Below, piece by piece: positions 10,068 to 19,264 of a DNA stretch of 64,000 nucleotides (the first letter of the stretch is position 1; every line of letters starts with the position of its first letter). A model generated the notes under the pieces. The model did no database searches. It was not told where the DNA came from and worked only from the letters and a program-made list of their open reading frames with translations. Origin of the DNA: Candidatus Heimdallarchaeota archaeon (lineage in GTDB: Archaea; Asgardarchaeota; Heimdallarchaeia; Heimdallarchaeales; Kariarchaeaceae); contig WAKA01000193.1 in the NCBI GenBank assembly GCA_015523565.1, positions 1,153 through 65,152 on the forward strand, read 5' to 3'. A program made the translations under genes and the position numbers.

Positions 10068-10439
10068 TTAATTTTGATCACCTCGGTAATGAATGACGTT
10101 TGAGACGGCAACAGAGTATCTGTTCCATAGGTCCAATATTCGACCATAGAATGCCTGTCCTGCCTGATTTAACTTGTAGATTGTCTTTCGCTGGTCATCT
10201 TCAGGCTTGTAGGTTTCTATCAGACCGTCAGACACGTATCTTCTTAGAAGGGGATAGACAGTTCCCAAAGGAACTTCAATGATATGTTCAGTTCTGGTCC
10301 ATATCCTGTCGCAAATTTCCTTGCCATGAAGATCGCTTTCGAATAAGACAGCACAAACCAAGAGTTGAACCACACCTCTCCTGATTTCGGTTTCCCAATT
10401 TGTTATCAGCTTCTCTTCAATCATGAGTTCACCCTTCAT
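10068..10439 (-). CDS. PadR family transcriptional regulator
   Basis: 123 aa. The region RRGVVQLLVCAVLFESDLHGKEICDRI...VPLGTVYPLLRRYVSDGLIE is the typical PadR wHTH (G.lYp.L.rLe..GlI). Confidence 0.85.
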   Translation of the reverse strand: MKGELMIEEKLITNWETEIRRGVVQLLVCAVLFESDLHGKEICDRIWTRTEHIIEVPLGTVYPLLRRYVSDGLIETYKPEDDQRKTIYKLNQAGQAFYGRILDLWNRYSVAVSNVIHYRGDQN

Positions 10440-10451
10440 GGAACATGATGC

Positions 10452-10494
10452 ATTGCATCACAATACATTGCGTCACAATCAATTGTGTCACAAT
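10452..10494 (-). promoter_or_regulatory. three tandem 13-bp palindromic operator-like sites upstream of padR
   Basis: ATTGCATCACAAT (10452-10464), ATTGCGTCACAAT (10467-10479) and ATTGTGTCACAAT (10482-10494), spaced exactly 15 bp apart between a TATA-like element and the padR ATG. Confidence 0.5.
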
Positions 10495-10510
10495 ATATTT
10501 TTACACAAGA

Positions 10511-10522
10511 GGATATATAAAG
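10511..10522. promoter_or_regulatory. TATA-like element in the padR / hypC divergent intergenic region
   Basis: GGATATATAAAG, near-symmetric and AT-rich, about 75-100 nt from both divergent start codons. Confidence 0.3.
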
Positions 10523-10559
10523 TCTTCCCTTATTTGCACAGATAGTTCTATTGCGTCCT

Positions 10560-10572
10560 ATTGTTCAACAAT
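10560..10572 (+). promoter_or_regulatory. fourth related palindrome on the hypC side
   Basis: ATTGTTCAACAAT is a perfect 6-1-6 palindrome. It is preceded by the half-site-like ATTGCGTCC at 10550-10558. Confidence 0.35.
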
Positions 10573-10625
10573 TTGACATAATTACAAGGGAAAGGTTGAA
10601 TATTTGTGTTGCAGGAAGTTAGTTG

Positions 10626-10841
10626 ATGTGCCTGAGTGTTGTTGCGGAGATTGAGAAAATTTTGGGAAACGGAGAGGCAATAGCATGTCTGAATGGTGTC
10701 AGGAAAACGATAGAGCTAGGGTTGCTGGAGGGCAATGTGAAGGAAGGAGACTGGGTTCTGCTTCATACAGGATATGCAATTTCAAAGGTTGACTATGCAG
10801 AGGCGATGAAAATGCTAAAGGCGATGGCAGATGGAGGATAA
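10626..10841 (+). CDS. hypC: hydrogenase maturation chaperone HypC/HupF
   Basis: Begins MCLSV, giving the essential Cys2 when started at ATG 10626. About 71 aa, ending ...GDWVLLHTGYAISKVDYAEA. Confidence 0.85.
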   Translation: MCLSVVAEIEKILGNGEAIACLNGVRKTIELGLLEGNVKEGDWVLLHTGYAISKVDYAEAMKMLKAMADGG

Positions 10842-11304
10842 TGGAATTGGTTTTCTTGATTTTGAGAAAAAAACATGTTTTCTCTGCATCGGCAATCCCC
10901 TGATACCAAATGATACATTTGGCGTTAGATTTGCAGCAGAGGCAATGAAAGGGATTTGCAATCCCAATTGGACAATTATCAACTGTGAAACGGTGCCTGA
11001 AAATTTTATGGGTAAAGTGATCCAATTGAATCCAGAGATGGTGATATTCATTGACACATTTGATGATGGCAAAATGGGAGAAGACCTATGGATTACAAAA
11101 GTAGAAAATGTCAAGGATATTTCCTTTGGAACGCATAAAACGTCAATTCAACAGCTATGGCAATATATTTCAAACTTCTGCCATGCAGAGGGCTGGTTCA
11201 TAGGTATGAGAAAGTTTGAGGATATCCAAGAAGAGAGAATACAACAAATTGTAGGGGATTTAGTGTACAAAATAAAGCATTTTCGGAAAAAATCCCAGAA
11301 TTAG
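10831..11304 (+). CDS. hycI: [NiFe] hydrogenase maturation endopeptidase (HycI/HyaD family)
   Basis: CIGNPLIPNDTFG resembles the GN....DD..G motif. About 157 aa. Overlaps hypC by 11 nt and precedes the hydrogenase structural genes. Confidence 0.75.
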   Translation: MEDNGIGFLDFEKKTCFLCIGNPLIPNDTFGVRFAAEAMKGICNPNWTIINCETVPENFMGKVIQLNPEMVIFIDTFDDGKMGEDLWITKVENVKDISFGTHKTSIQQLWQYISNFCHAEGWFIGMRKFEDIQEERIQQIVGDLVYKIKHFRKKSQN

Positions 11305-11374
11305 TTACAAAAACATACGATAATATAAAAAAAGAGCATTTGAATTATATTAGAGGATCGATAAATATTAAACA

Positions 11375-11737
11375 ATGAACGAATTTTACATTGAATCGTT
11401 CGTACAGCTTTTCTGGGTTGTTGTCATAATTACAGCCATCATGATTGTTTTTTACGTAATTTTTGGGATGATACAGGAGAAGGGAAAGGAAACTCCAATG
11501 AAAAAAGCCCCCTATTCTGGAGGGAAAGGGGTAGAGACAAGGGCGACATTTTTCAAGGCAACTTTTTTCCAATATGCCATTTATTTTTTGATTTTTGACG
11601 TGGTTGCTTTCATTACTGCCTTGGCAACTTTTGTGTCTGACAAAAGCAAGGAGCATGTATTTTATGCCGCATTGTATCTATTTCTGGTGTTGATACTGTT
11701 TTTGATATTGCCAAAACAGGAGAGTGAGATAATTTGA
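11375..11737 (+). CDS. NuoA/ND3-like membrane subunit of the hydrogenase complex
   Basis: 120 aa, 3 TM. PYSGGKG and FLIFDVVAF sit at the positions of the NuoA YECG and FDVE motifs. Confidence 0.6.
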   Translation: MNEFYIESFVQLFWVVVIITAIMIVFYVIFGMIQEKGKETPMKKAPYSGGKGVETRATFFKATFFQYAIYFLIFDVVAFITALATFVSDKSKEHVFYAALYLFLVLILFLILPKQESEII

Positions 11738-12207
11738 TGCAGGAAGTTGAAACCAAACCCTCAGGGGTTACAAGATGGTTGCAAAGTTTGAGAAACTGGG
11801 CAAGGAAACGGTCGTTATGGTTATTGCACATGAATACAGGTTCATGCAATGGGTGTGACATTGAGATATTGGCGGCACTGACGTCACGACTGGATGCGGA
11901 AAGATTTGGGGTAAAGTTGGTTGGCTCACCTCGACATGCAGATATTATGATGTGTACAGGGGCTGTTACACTGACAATGGTTGATGCATTGAGGAAAACA
12001 TACGAACAAATACCTGAACCGAAATTTGTTGTTGTAGTGGGGTCATGCGGCTCTACTGGAGGGGTTTACAAAGGGGGCTACAATACTTTCGATGGGGTTG
12101 ACAAAATAATTCCAGTTGATTTGTATATCCCGGGTTGCCCACCCAAACCTGAAGCGATAATAATGGGCGTTGCAAAACTGATTGAAAAAATGGAGGAGGA
12201 AAGGTAA
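11734..12207 (+). CDS. NuoB-like [4Fe-4S] small subunit (group 4 hydrogenase small subunit)
   Basis: GSCNGCDIE, VVGSCGSTGG and IPGCPPKPEAI supply the four Cys of the proximal cluster. Confidence 0.9.
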   Translation: MMQEVETKPSGVTRWLQSLRNWARKRSLWLLHMNTGSCNGCDIEILAALTSRLDAERFGVKLVGSPRHADIMMCTGAVTLTMVDALRKTYEQIPEPKFVVVVGSCGSTGGVYKGGYNTFDGVDKIIPVDLYIPGCPPKPEAIIMGVAKLIEKMEEER

Positions 12208-12635
12208 TGACTTTAGAAGTTCCTGAAGAGGTTGTTGAATCAAAGGAGCAGATGAAAAGTGGTGAGACACTTTATCATTTGAAGAGTCCTAGTTGCAGAA
12301 TGGTGGTAAAAAGGTGGATCGATCTTGGAAAGGATGTGCATTTAAGTTCCTTGGTCGGGATGGACCAAGAAGATAGCATAGAAGTTCTCTACTATTTCAT
12401 GGATAGATTAGACAAAGAGAAGTTGCTTCTTTCCATCAGACTCAAGAGGGAGATGCCAAAAACGGAGAGCATTTCTGATTTGATTGGAAGTAGAATATAT
12501 GAGGCAGAGGTCACAGAGATGTTTGGTGTGAAATTTGAGGGTAACGAAATGACAAGGGCATTTCTACCTGAAAATTGGATTGGTGGATATCCGTTGCGGA
12601 AGGATTGGAAAAAGGAGGATTACGAGAATGAATGA
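12207..12635 (+). CDS. NuoC-like (30 kDa) subunit
   Basis: 142 aa between the NuoB and NuoD homologues. The stretch EAEVTEMFGVKFEGN...R.FLPENW is typical of NuoC/EchD. Confidence 0.75.
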   Translation: MTLEVPEEVVESKEQMKSGETLYHLKSPSCRMVVKRWIDLGKDVHLSSLVGMDQEDSIEVLYYFMDRLDKEKLLLSIRLKREMPKTESISDLIGSRIYEAEVTEMFGVKFEGNEMTRAFLPENWIGGYPLRKDWKKEDYENE

Positions 12636-13809
12636 AGAACAGACATCCTTCAATATCGGTCCGCAACATCCTGCCCTCAAGGAGCCAGAAACATTTCGCG
12701 TGATTGTAGAGGGGGAGAGGGTTGTGAAGGCAGAAGCCATTTTAGGGCATACACACCGAGGAATAGAAAAAATGGCAGAATCCAGGGATTATAACAAGAC
12801 ATTATATCTTGCCGAAAGGATTTGCGGTATTTGCAGTTTTGCGCACAATGCAAACTTTGCAAGAGCTGTTGAGTTTGTTGCGGATGTGAAGGTTCCAAAA
12901 AGGGCAGAATTCCTTAGGGTTTTGGTTGCAGAACTGGAGAGACTGCATTCACATTTATTGTGGTTAGGGGTCTTGGCACACGAAATTGGATTTGATACAT
13001 TTTACATTTTAGTATGGAATGATCGCGAAACCATTATGGATCTCTTGGAGACCTTGACGGGAAATCGAGTAAATTATGGGATGAATAGGATAGGGGGAGT
13101 AAGGTTTGATCTAAACGATGAGATCAAAAAAATCATGCGTGACAAGATAGAAGAATTCAAACCAAGATTGGAAAAAATCAGGGATGTTGTATTGAATAGC
13201 AAAACCATTATTGCTAGAACAAATGGAGTTGGACGGATCTCCAAGGATTTGGCACGGAAAACATGTGTCACGGGTCCCACCGCAAGGTCTTCAGGGATAG
13301 ATTGGGATTTGAGAAGGGATGAGCCATATTTCATATATGAGCAATTGGACTTCAATGTTCCAATAAGCGATAGGGGAGATGTATATTCAAAAATTATTCT
13401 AAGAGTCAAGGAATTGTTTGAATCTATAAAAATCATAGAACAGGTTCTGGATCTCATACCAAGTGGGAAAATATTCCAGGATGTCAGGGGCAGGTTTGAA
13501 GGGAAGGCAGTTTCACGTATTGAAGCACCCAGAGGTGAGAATTTTCATTATGTTGAATTTAGGAAATCAAAAAATCCATACAGATTGAAGGTTAGGGCAC
13601 CAACATACGCAAATGTTGTCTCTTCAGTCGAGGCATTGGTGGGTCACCATATTGCAGACATCCCTGTAATCGTCGCAGCCAATGACCCATGCTTTTCCTG
13701 TACAGACAGGACTCTTATCATTGACAGGGATAAGGGGAGATATCAAATCATGAGTGCAAGGGATCTAAGGAAACTTAGTGTGGAAACCACAAAGGAGGTA
13801 ATGCAATGA
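12628..13809 (+). CDS. [NiFe] hydrogenase large subunit, group 4 (NuoD homologue with intact Ni-Fe ligands)
   Basis: Start trimmed to MNEEQTSFNIGPQHPA, an ATGAATGA overlap with nuoC. N-terminal ligand motif RICGICSFAH and C-terminal DPCFSCTDR, followed by a 32-aa tail of the kind removed by the maturation protease. Confidence 0.9.
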   Translation: MNEEQTSFNIGPQHPALKEPETFRVIVEGERVVKAEAILGHTHRGIEKMAESRDYNKTLYLAERICGICSFAHNANFARAVEFVADVKVPKRAEFLRVLVAELERLHSHLLWLGVLAHEIGFDTFYILVWNDRETIMDLLETLTGNRVNYGMNRIGGVRFDLNDEIKKIMRDKIEEFKPRLEKIRDVVLNSKTIIARTNGVGRISKDLARKTCVTGPTARSSGIDWDLRRDEPYFIYEQLDFNVPISDRGDVYSKIILRVKELFESIKIIEQVLDLIPSGKIFQDVRGRFEGKAVSRIEAPRGENFHYVEFRKSKNPYRLKVRAPTYANVVSSVEALVGHHIADIPVIVAANDPCFSCTDRTLIIDRDKGRYQIMSARDLRKLSVETTKEVMQ

Positions 13810-14813
13810 TACAGGATATTGCTCTTTTTCTTTTTCAGACAATAGTGTTTCCAGGTGTGTTTTTCATTGTAGTATTGGCTTTTGGCTCTAATTGGATGTA
13901 CAGGAAATTCTATGCTAGACTCCAAAGGAGGATTGGTCCAGAAAGTGCAGGGATTTTCGGCATTCTCCAAGGATTTGCAGATTACCTGAAAACAGCGACA
14001 AAAGAGGATATAATCCCTTACGGGGCAAATCAAGTCATCTTCAAGTATCTTCCTGTTATTGCACCTGTACCAGTGGTTGTCGGCATGTTCTTTATACCGA
14101 TAATTGACACAAAAGGATTCATTTCATCCCCTGGAGACATTTATGCAATAGTGTTCATATTGACAATAGTTACAACAACTGAAATCATATTGGGATGGGC
14201 AAGTGGATCAAAATTTGCCTTGATTGGCTCCAGCAGGTCAGGCATGCAATTGGTGTCTTTTGGCATCCCATTCATTTTTTCCATGTTATATGCCATAATC
14301 AAGGCAAAGAGTTTTAGTCTTGAAGACATAGTCCTGTCCCAAACTGGAACAAAGCTGAAATTCCTGCCGAATTGGAACCTTTTTGGATTGGGAGGGATTG
14401 CATTTTTGATTTTTATCATTTGTGCATTGGCAGAGTTAGAGAAGCCCCCTTTTGACACTCCTGAAGCGGAAACTGAAATTGCTGGAGGATGGACATTAGA
14501 ATACTCAGGAAGAGGGTACGCATATATTTTGTTATTGGAGGATCTTAAGATGGTTTTTGTCATTTCCCTTGGGGTTGTCCTATTTCTTGGAGGACCATTG
14601 GGACCGACATTTGGTTTGGGAGAGCCGTGGATCGCCGTTCTTTATTTCATTTATTTCTCCCTGAAATATTTTGCAGTTCTATTGATTTTAACATTGATCT
14701 CTTCCAGTTTGGCACGGATGAAGATACGGCATATTGTTTTCGGGTCATGGACATATCTTGCACCGTTGGCAATTGCATCCATTATTTTAACAATACTTTT
14801 GGAAGGAGGCTAA
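13806..14813 (+). CDS. NuoH/ND1-like membrane subunit
   Basis: 335 aa polytopic protein. RRIGPESAGIFGILQGFADYLK resembles the NuoH R.GPN..G..G.LQ..AD..K motif. Confidence 0.85.
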   Translation: MIQDIALFLFQTIVFPGVFFIVVLAFGSNWMYRKFYARLQRRIGPESAGIFGILQGFADYLKTATKEDIIPYGANQVIFKYLPVIAPVPVVVGMFFIPIIDTKGFISSPGDIYAIVFILTIVTTTEIILGWASGSKFALIGSSRSGMQLVSFGIPFIFSMLYAIIKAKSFSLEDIVLSQTGTKLKFLPNWNLFGLGGIAFLIFIICALAELEKPPFDTPEAETEIAGGWTLEYSGRGYAYILLLEDLKMVFVISLGVVLFLGGPLGPTFGLGEPWIAVLYFIYFSLKYFAVLLILTLISSSLARMKIRHIVFGSWTYLAPLAIASIILTILLEGG

Positions 14814-14819
14814 AAAGGA

Positions 14820-15191
14820 ATGCTAATAGTTGAATTAATAAAGAACTTGTTCAGGAAACCAGAAACCGTAAGGTATCCATACGAGACAAAAGGATTGAAC
14901 TTTCCAGAGAGATTAAGGGCAATGCATGTAATAGACCAGGATTCATGTATTGGATGTTCAAAATGTGCGAGAGCTTGCCCTGCATTTGTCATACAGATGG
15001 TTCCATTGACAGAGGAGGAATTGGCAAAGAGGAATGAAAAAATAAAGAGGAAAAGGGTAAAACCAGTTATTGATTTGACAGCCTGCATTTTTTGTGGAGT
15101 CTGTGAAGAAGTCTGTCCTACAGATTGCCTGAATTTGACAAACCAATTGGTAATGCCATCGGGGAGGAAAGAAGAGTTGGAGGTAGGGTAA
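14820..15191 (+). CDS. NuoI-like 2x[4Fe-4S] ferredoxin subunit
   Basis: Two CxxCxxCxxxCP motifs: CIGCSKCARACP and CIFCGVCEEVCP. Confidence 0.85.
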   Translation: MLIVELIKNLFRKPETVRYPYETKGLNFPERLRAMHVIDQDSCIGCSKCARACPAFVIQMVPLTEEELAKRNEKIKRKRVKPVIDLTACIFCGVCEEVCPTDCLNLTNQLVMPSGRKEELEVG

Positions 15192-15195
15192 GACA

Positions 15196-15456
15196 ATGGA
15201 ATCATCGTTTTTAGAGCTTGCCCTGCTTATTGTCCTGATAATTTCATTATTGCTTGCATCAGAGCTAGAGAAACTCTATGAAGTGGCAATGGTCTTCATC
15301 GTGTTTATGACCGCCCTTTCAGCCATTTATTGGATCATGGGATCACCGATACTTGCATTGTTCCAGTTGACCATTTACGCAGGAACAACTGGGGTGATTC
15401 TCTTTGCAGTATTGGGTGTTTTTCCAGGAAGACAGACTGTGGAGGAGTTACCTTGA
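15196..15456 (+). CDS. NuoJ-like subunit, N-terminal part (J1)
   Basis: 86 aa, 3 TM. LALFQLTIYAGTTGVILFAVL resembles the NuoJ A..Q..VYAGAI.VLF motif. Confidence 0.65.
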   Translation: MESSFLELALLIVLIISLLLASELEKLYEVAMVFIVFMTALSAIYWIMGSPILALFQLTIYAGTTGVILFAVLGVFPGRQTVEELP

Positions 15457-15731
15457 AATTCCAGCGGTCATTTGCACAAATATCTCTCGGATTTTTCTTT
15501 TTTGCCATGCTTTATCCAATTCTGACAAGGGACATGAACGTGCTTGCCCCAAAAGAGGGAAACTCAGACATTGCAAATATACTTTGGCTTAACAGACTGT
15601 CAGAAGTGTATTTGCAGGTCTTCTATTTAGGAGCTTCCATTATTGCGAGTTTGTTGGTAATCCGCAAGCCCCCATCATATTCTGAGATAGAAATTGAGAG
15701 ATTTTCCATTGAGGAGGAGAGAATTCAATGA
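15453..15731 (+). CDS. NuoJ-like subunit, C-terminal part (J2)
   Basis: TTG start overlaps the J1 stop as TTGA (15453-15456). It is preceded by GGAGGAG at 15441-15447 with a 5-nt spacer. The product has 2 TM plus a charged tail. Confidence 0.5.
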   Translation: MKFQRSFAQISLGFFFFAMLYPILTRDMNVLAPKEGNSDIANILWLNRLSEVYLQVFYLGASIIASLLVIRKPPSYSEIEIERFSIEEERIQ

Positions 15732-16033
15732 TTGGATTGGTCACCTACCATATTTTTGCCATTATCATTTTGGGATTGGGAATTTATAACATCATGCTTT
15801 CTAAAAATATCGTTAAAGGAATTCTGATTATTGAAATGATGGTTGCAACAGCCAACCTCATTCTTTTTAGGATTTCTTTGGAAAAGGGAGATGACGGTTT
15901 GGGAAGAGCAGTAATAATTACGTCAATAGTAATTGGGGCTGGGCTTTCTGCATTCATGCTTTCGATGGCAGTCAAGGTGTATCGTGAATTCGGCACGCTC
16001 AACCCAGAGGAAGTGACAAGACAGGAGGAATAA
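15728..16033 (+). CDS. NuoK/ND4L-like membrane subunit
   Basis: 101 aa, 3 TM, with a membrane Glu in LIIEMMVATANL. ATGA overlap with the preceding gene and GAGGAGGAG upstream. Confidence 0.8.
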   Translation: MIGLVTYHIFAIIILGLGIYNIMLSKNIVKGILIIEMMVATANLILFRISLEKGDDGLGRAVIITSIVIGAGLSAFMLSMAVKVYREFGTLNPEEVTRQEE

Positions 16034-16034
16034 A

Positions 16035-17747
16035 ATGTCAGACATTATGCTGCTTTCACCATTGTTGACGGGGGGTTTGATTTACATGCTTTCATTTTGG
16101 AAAACAAGTGACAAAAGAAAGGAAATGGTTGCAAGTTCACTTGCCATGCTTGGTTCCTTGTTTTCATTGGTTTTTGCCCTCATGGGGTTGCAAAAACGAG
16201 GGGTGGAGGATTCAATTTTGGGCTCTTGGATTAAAATCGGGACGGTTGACATTAAGTTACAGTATTATTTTGATGGATGGTCCATTACGTTAACAGTTGT
16301 TTCAAGTCTGTTGACATTGCTTATCATCATTTTCTCAAAATATTATTTCGGAGTCAATTCCCATTCTGCCGTTTACTATGGAATGATCCAAATATTTCTT
16401 TTTGGCATGCTTTTGCTGGTAGTGTCAGATAACCTAGTGTTTACCTTTTTTGGATGGGAAATAGTTGGGATTTGCTCATGGTTTTTAATTGGCCTTTATC
16501 ATTATGAAGGAGGTGAAAAAGGAGAAAAGGCAATATTATCAGGTCAAAAAGCAATTCTTGTGACAGGCTTGGCGGATATAGGATTTTTATTGGCATTGGC
16601 AATTGTGGGATCCGATTCCTTTTCCATTTCGAATATGGAGAATATGCCTGCAATTGCAGCAATTGGATTGACGATTGCCGCGTTTGGAAAATCTGCGCAG
16701 TTTCCATTTCATGTATGGATCTCAAGTACAGATAGAAAAGACATTGATGCTATGCAAGGACCTACCACAGTTTCAGCATTAATCCATGCGGCAACCATGG
16801 TAAATGCAGGGATTTATTTGGTCAGTAGGGTTATGGAAATCACCACTACAGTTTCGGAATTGGTGTTGTGGGTTGGAATAGTGTCAACCATTTTTGCAGG
16901 GATTTCTGCACTTGGGACAATTGATTTGAAAAGAGTTCTTGCCTATTCAACCATAAGCCAGCTAGGCTTCATGTTTATTGCACTGGGAAGTGGTGCAAGC
17001 TTTCTTGCATTATGGCACCTATTGAACCATGCATTCTTCAAGGCATTGTTGTTTCTAATTGCAGGGTTCTTGATCCATAGGTACAAATCAAGAAACTTAG
17101 AGGATTTAAAAGGAACAGTACGTGAAACATGGCTTAAAGCAAGCTTGTTCACTGGGATTTTTGCATTGGCAGGCGTTCCCTTTTTTTCAGGATTCTTTTC
17201 TAAAGAAATGATTTTGGAGGCAGTACATGGAAAGAGTACAATTGCATTTTATTTTTCATTGTTTGGATCCATTTTGACGAGTATATACTCATTCAGATTG
17301 TTGGCAGTGTTGAATGGATCAAAAGAGAAAAAACCGTCAAATATCATTCCAAAAGCGATTATTTTGGCATTAACTGCATTGGTGATTTTGTCTTCAGCTT
17401 CGTATTATTTTTTGGGTCTTTTCAATTGGGATACGGTATATCCCGTAGTGGAATTGAATGGGAATCTTGGCATTGGAATTATTGTATCGGTTATGGGAAT
17501 GGCACTGGGATATTATTTTGAACAATGGTATCCAAAATTGCCCTTGTTTGTGCGGGTTCCTGTTCAAGACGCTTTTTTTGTGGATGATTTGTTGACAGCG
17601 ACAGGAAAATCACTGACAATCACAATGTCAAGGTTTGCTAGAACATTGAATTCTCAAACAAGCTTTTGGAACATGTTCCAGTTTTCAATTGTGATAAGCG
17701 TTGTTTCAATTGGCTTGTACTATTTGCAATACGGAGGCGGATTATAG
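16035..17747 (+). CDS. NuoL/ND5-like antiporter-type subunit
   Basis: 570 aa. WEIVGICSWFLIG, SAQFPFHVW and HAATMVNAGIYLVSR are typical of NuoL/MrpA. A C-terminal extension ends in one more TM segment. Confidence 0.85.
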   Translation: MSDIMLLSPLLTGGLIYMLSFWKTSDKRKEMVASSLAMLGSLFSLVFALMGLQKRGVEDSILGSWIKIGTVDIKLQYYFDGWSITLTVVSSLLTLLIIIFSKYYFGVNSHSAVYYGMIQIFLFGMLLLVVSDNLVFTFFGWEIVGICSWFLIGLYHYEGGEKGEKAILSGQKAILVTGLADIGFLLALAIVGSDSFSISNMENMPAIAAIGLTIAAFGKSAQFPFHVWISSTDRKDIDAMQGPTTVSALIHAATMVNAGIYLVSRVMEITTTVSELVLWVGIVSTIFAGISALGTIDLKRVLAYSTISQLGFMFIALGSGASFLALWHLLNHAFFKALLFLIAGFLIHRYKSRNLEDLKGTVRETWLKASLFTGIFALAGVPFFSGFFSKEMILEAVHGKSTIAFYFSLFGSILTSIYSFRLLAVLNGSKEKKPSNIIPKAIILALTALVILSSASYYFLGLFNWDTVYPVVELNGNLGIGIIVSVMGMALGYYFEQWYPKLPLFVRVPVQDAFFVDDLLTATGKSLTITMSRFARTLNSQTSFWNMFQFSIVISVVSIGLYYLQYGGGL

Positions 17748-19261
17748 TGGACTTGCTTTTTCCAATCAGTATACTCTATAATGCACTTTGGCTTTTAATT
17801 CTCCCGATACTGCTCCATATAGAGGCAAGATTGGACAGATATGGTCTTAAGAGCATTTTTTCGATCATATGGGCGTTGGGATTGAATTTCCTGTTGGGAT
17901 ATGAATTGATGAACTTTGAAGGGGATCAAACATTCTCCCCCAATTTTCAGGGAACCATGAAAAGAACAAGCATTGAATTCAAAATGACAAGAACTATTTA
18001 TGGGCTTGTTTTTCTTGTCTCAATTCTTTTCACCGCAATCATGTTTTATAGCTGGAGATATATGCGATGGGAGACATTGCTTGATGATGGAGGGGCTTAT
18101 AAGCTGTATTACTATTTTTTGATGTTTACCTCACTTTTGGGCTTTCAGGTCGTTTTGTATTCAAATGACGCATTTTTGTTGTTTTTTGGATGGGAACTGA
18201 TGGTTGTGCCAGGATATGCATTGATTTCAATTAGACCGACGCGACATGCTGCGAGAGCAGGAATTTCATACGCAATGATAAGTAGCATTGGATCTATTTT
18301 TCTTTTATATGGAGTTGCGTTGATTTACCAATTAACTGGCACATTCAACCTGACAATAGCATCGTCAGAAATATCTGCCATGCAATTGGAAACAGACATT
18401 TCCCCTATTCTCGCCGTCGTCACCATCATTGTCGGGATTGGTGTTACCGCAGGACTAATTGGGCTTCAAACATGGATTCCAGATTCATATAGTGCTGCAA
18501 CAAGTCCCGTTGGAGCTTTTGTTTCAGGAACTTTCACCTTGGCCGCCCTGATCGGATATAAGAAATTGATTTTCGATCTTTTCCCTTTTGTGAATTATAG
18601 CTGGATTTTCATTCTTGGAGGATTGGCGACTATGACTATCGGAAATTTCGGGGGCATCGTGCAAAGGGATGTCAGAAGAATATTGGCCTATTCATCAATT
18701 GGACAGAGGGGTTATATCTTATTTGGATTGGGGATAATTGCAGGAGGGATTTACAAAGGTGTGGACTTTTTCTCCTTGAAAGACCCCTTTATAGTCGTCA
18801 TCATTTTTGGCATTGCATTTACGTTTCTTGAGGGAAATCTCTTTCTTATCATTGGAAAGGTACTTTATGTTTCCCATTTCAAGAGTCGGACAAGAGACAT
18901 TGTTAAGTTGAGGGGAAGTCTTGCAAAGACACCCCATACAGCATTGATGATGATTATCAGTTCTTTCGGTCTTGCAGGCTTGCCACCTACAATCGGATTC
19001 AGTTCAAAACTGCTGTTGCTTTACGCGGTTGGGAAATCGGGAGTTCAATGGTGGATTATAACCATTTTTTTGGGAAACTCAGTTGTTGCCTTGATCTATT
19101 ACCTTAAACTGATCAGGTTTCTTCTTTTCACAAAACGAGAAGATCCATTGGACATGTCTTTGACACCCAACTCGGTAAACATAGCCATTCTTTTTGTCTC
19201 AACCATATGTGTTGTACTTGGGTTGATGCCAAATATTATTATTTTCTTGTTGCAGGGATGA
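17747..19261 (+). CDS. NuoM/NuoN-like antiporter-type subunit
   Basis: GTG start at 17747, overlapping the upstream TAG by 1 nt, with GGAGGCGG 6 nt upstream. FFGWELMVVPGY and LQTWIPDSY are antiporter-like motifs. Confidence 0.8.
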   Translation: MDLLFPISILYNALWLLILPILLHIEARLDRYGLKSIFSIIWALGLNFLLGYELMNFEGDQTFSPNFQGTMKRTSIEFKMTRTIYGLVFLVSILFTAIMFYSWRYMRWETLLDDGGAYKLYYYFLMFTSLLGFQVVLYSNDAFLLFFGWELMVVPGYALISIRPTRHAARAGISYAMISSIGSIFLLYGVALIYQLTGTFNLTIASSEISAMQLETDISPILAVVTIIVGIGVTAGLIGLQTWIPDSYSAATSPVGAFVSGTFTLAALIGYKKLIFDLFPFVNYSWIFILGGLATMTIGNFGGIVQRDVRRILAYSSIGQRGYILFGLGIIAGGIYKGVDFFSLKDPFIVVIIFGIAFTFLEGNLFLIIGKVLYVSHFKSRTRDIVKLRGSLAKTPHTALMMIISSFGLAGLPPTIGFSSKLLLLYAVGKSGVQWWIITIFLGNSVVALIYYLKLIRFLLFTKREDPLDMSLTPNSVNIAILFVSTICVVLGLMPNIIIFLLQG

Positions 19262-19264
19262 AAA

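Noticed and set aside
15330-15452. First 41 codons of ORF 15330-15731
   Set aside because: They overlap the NuoJ1 coding region in another frame. The NuoJ-like continuation begins only after the J1 stop, where a GGAGGAG-TTG start exists.
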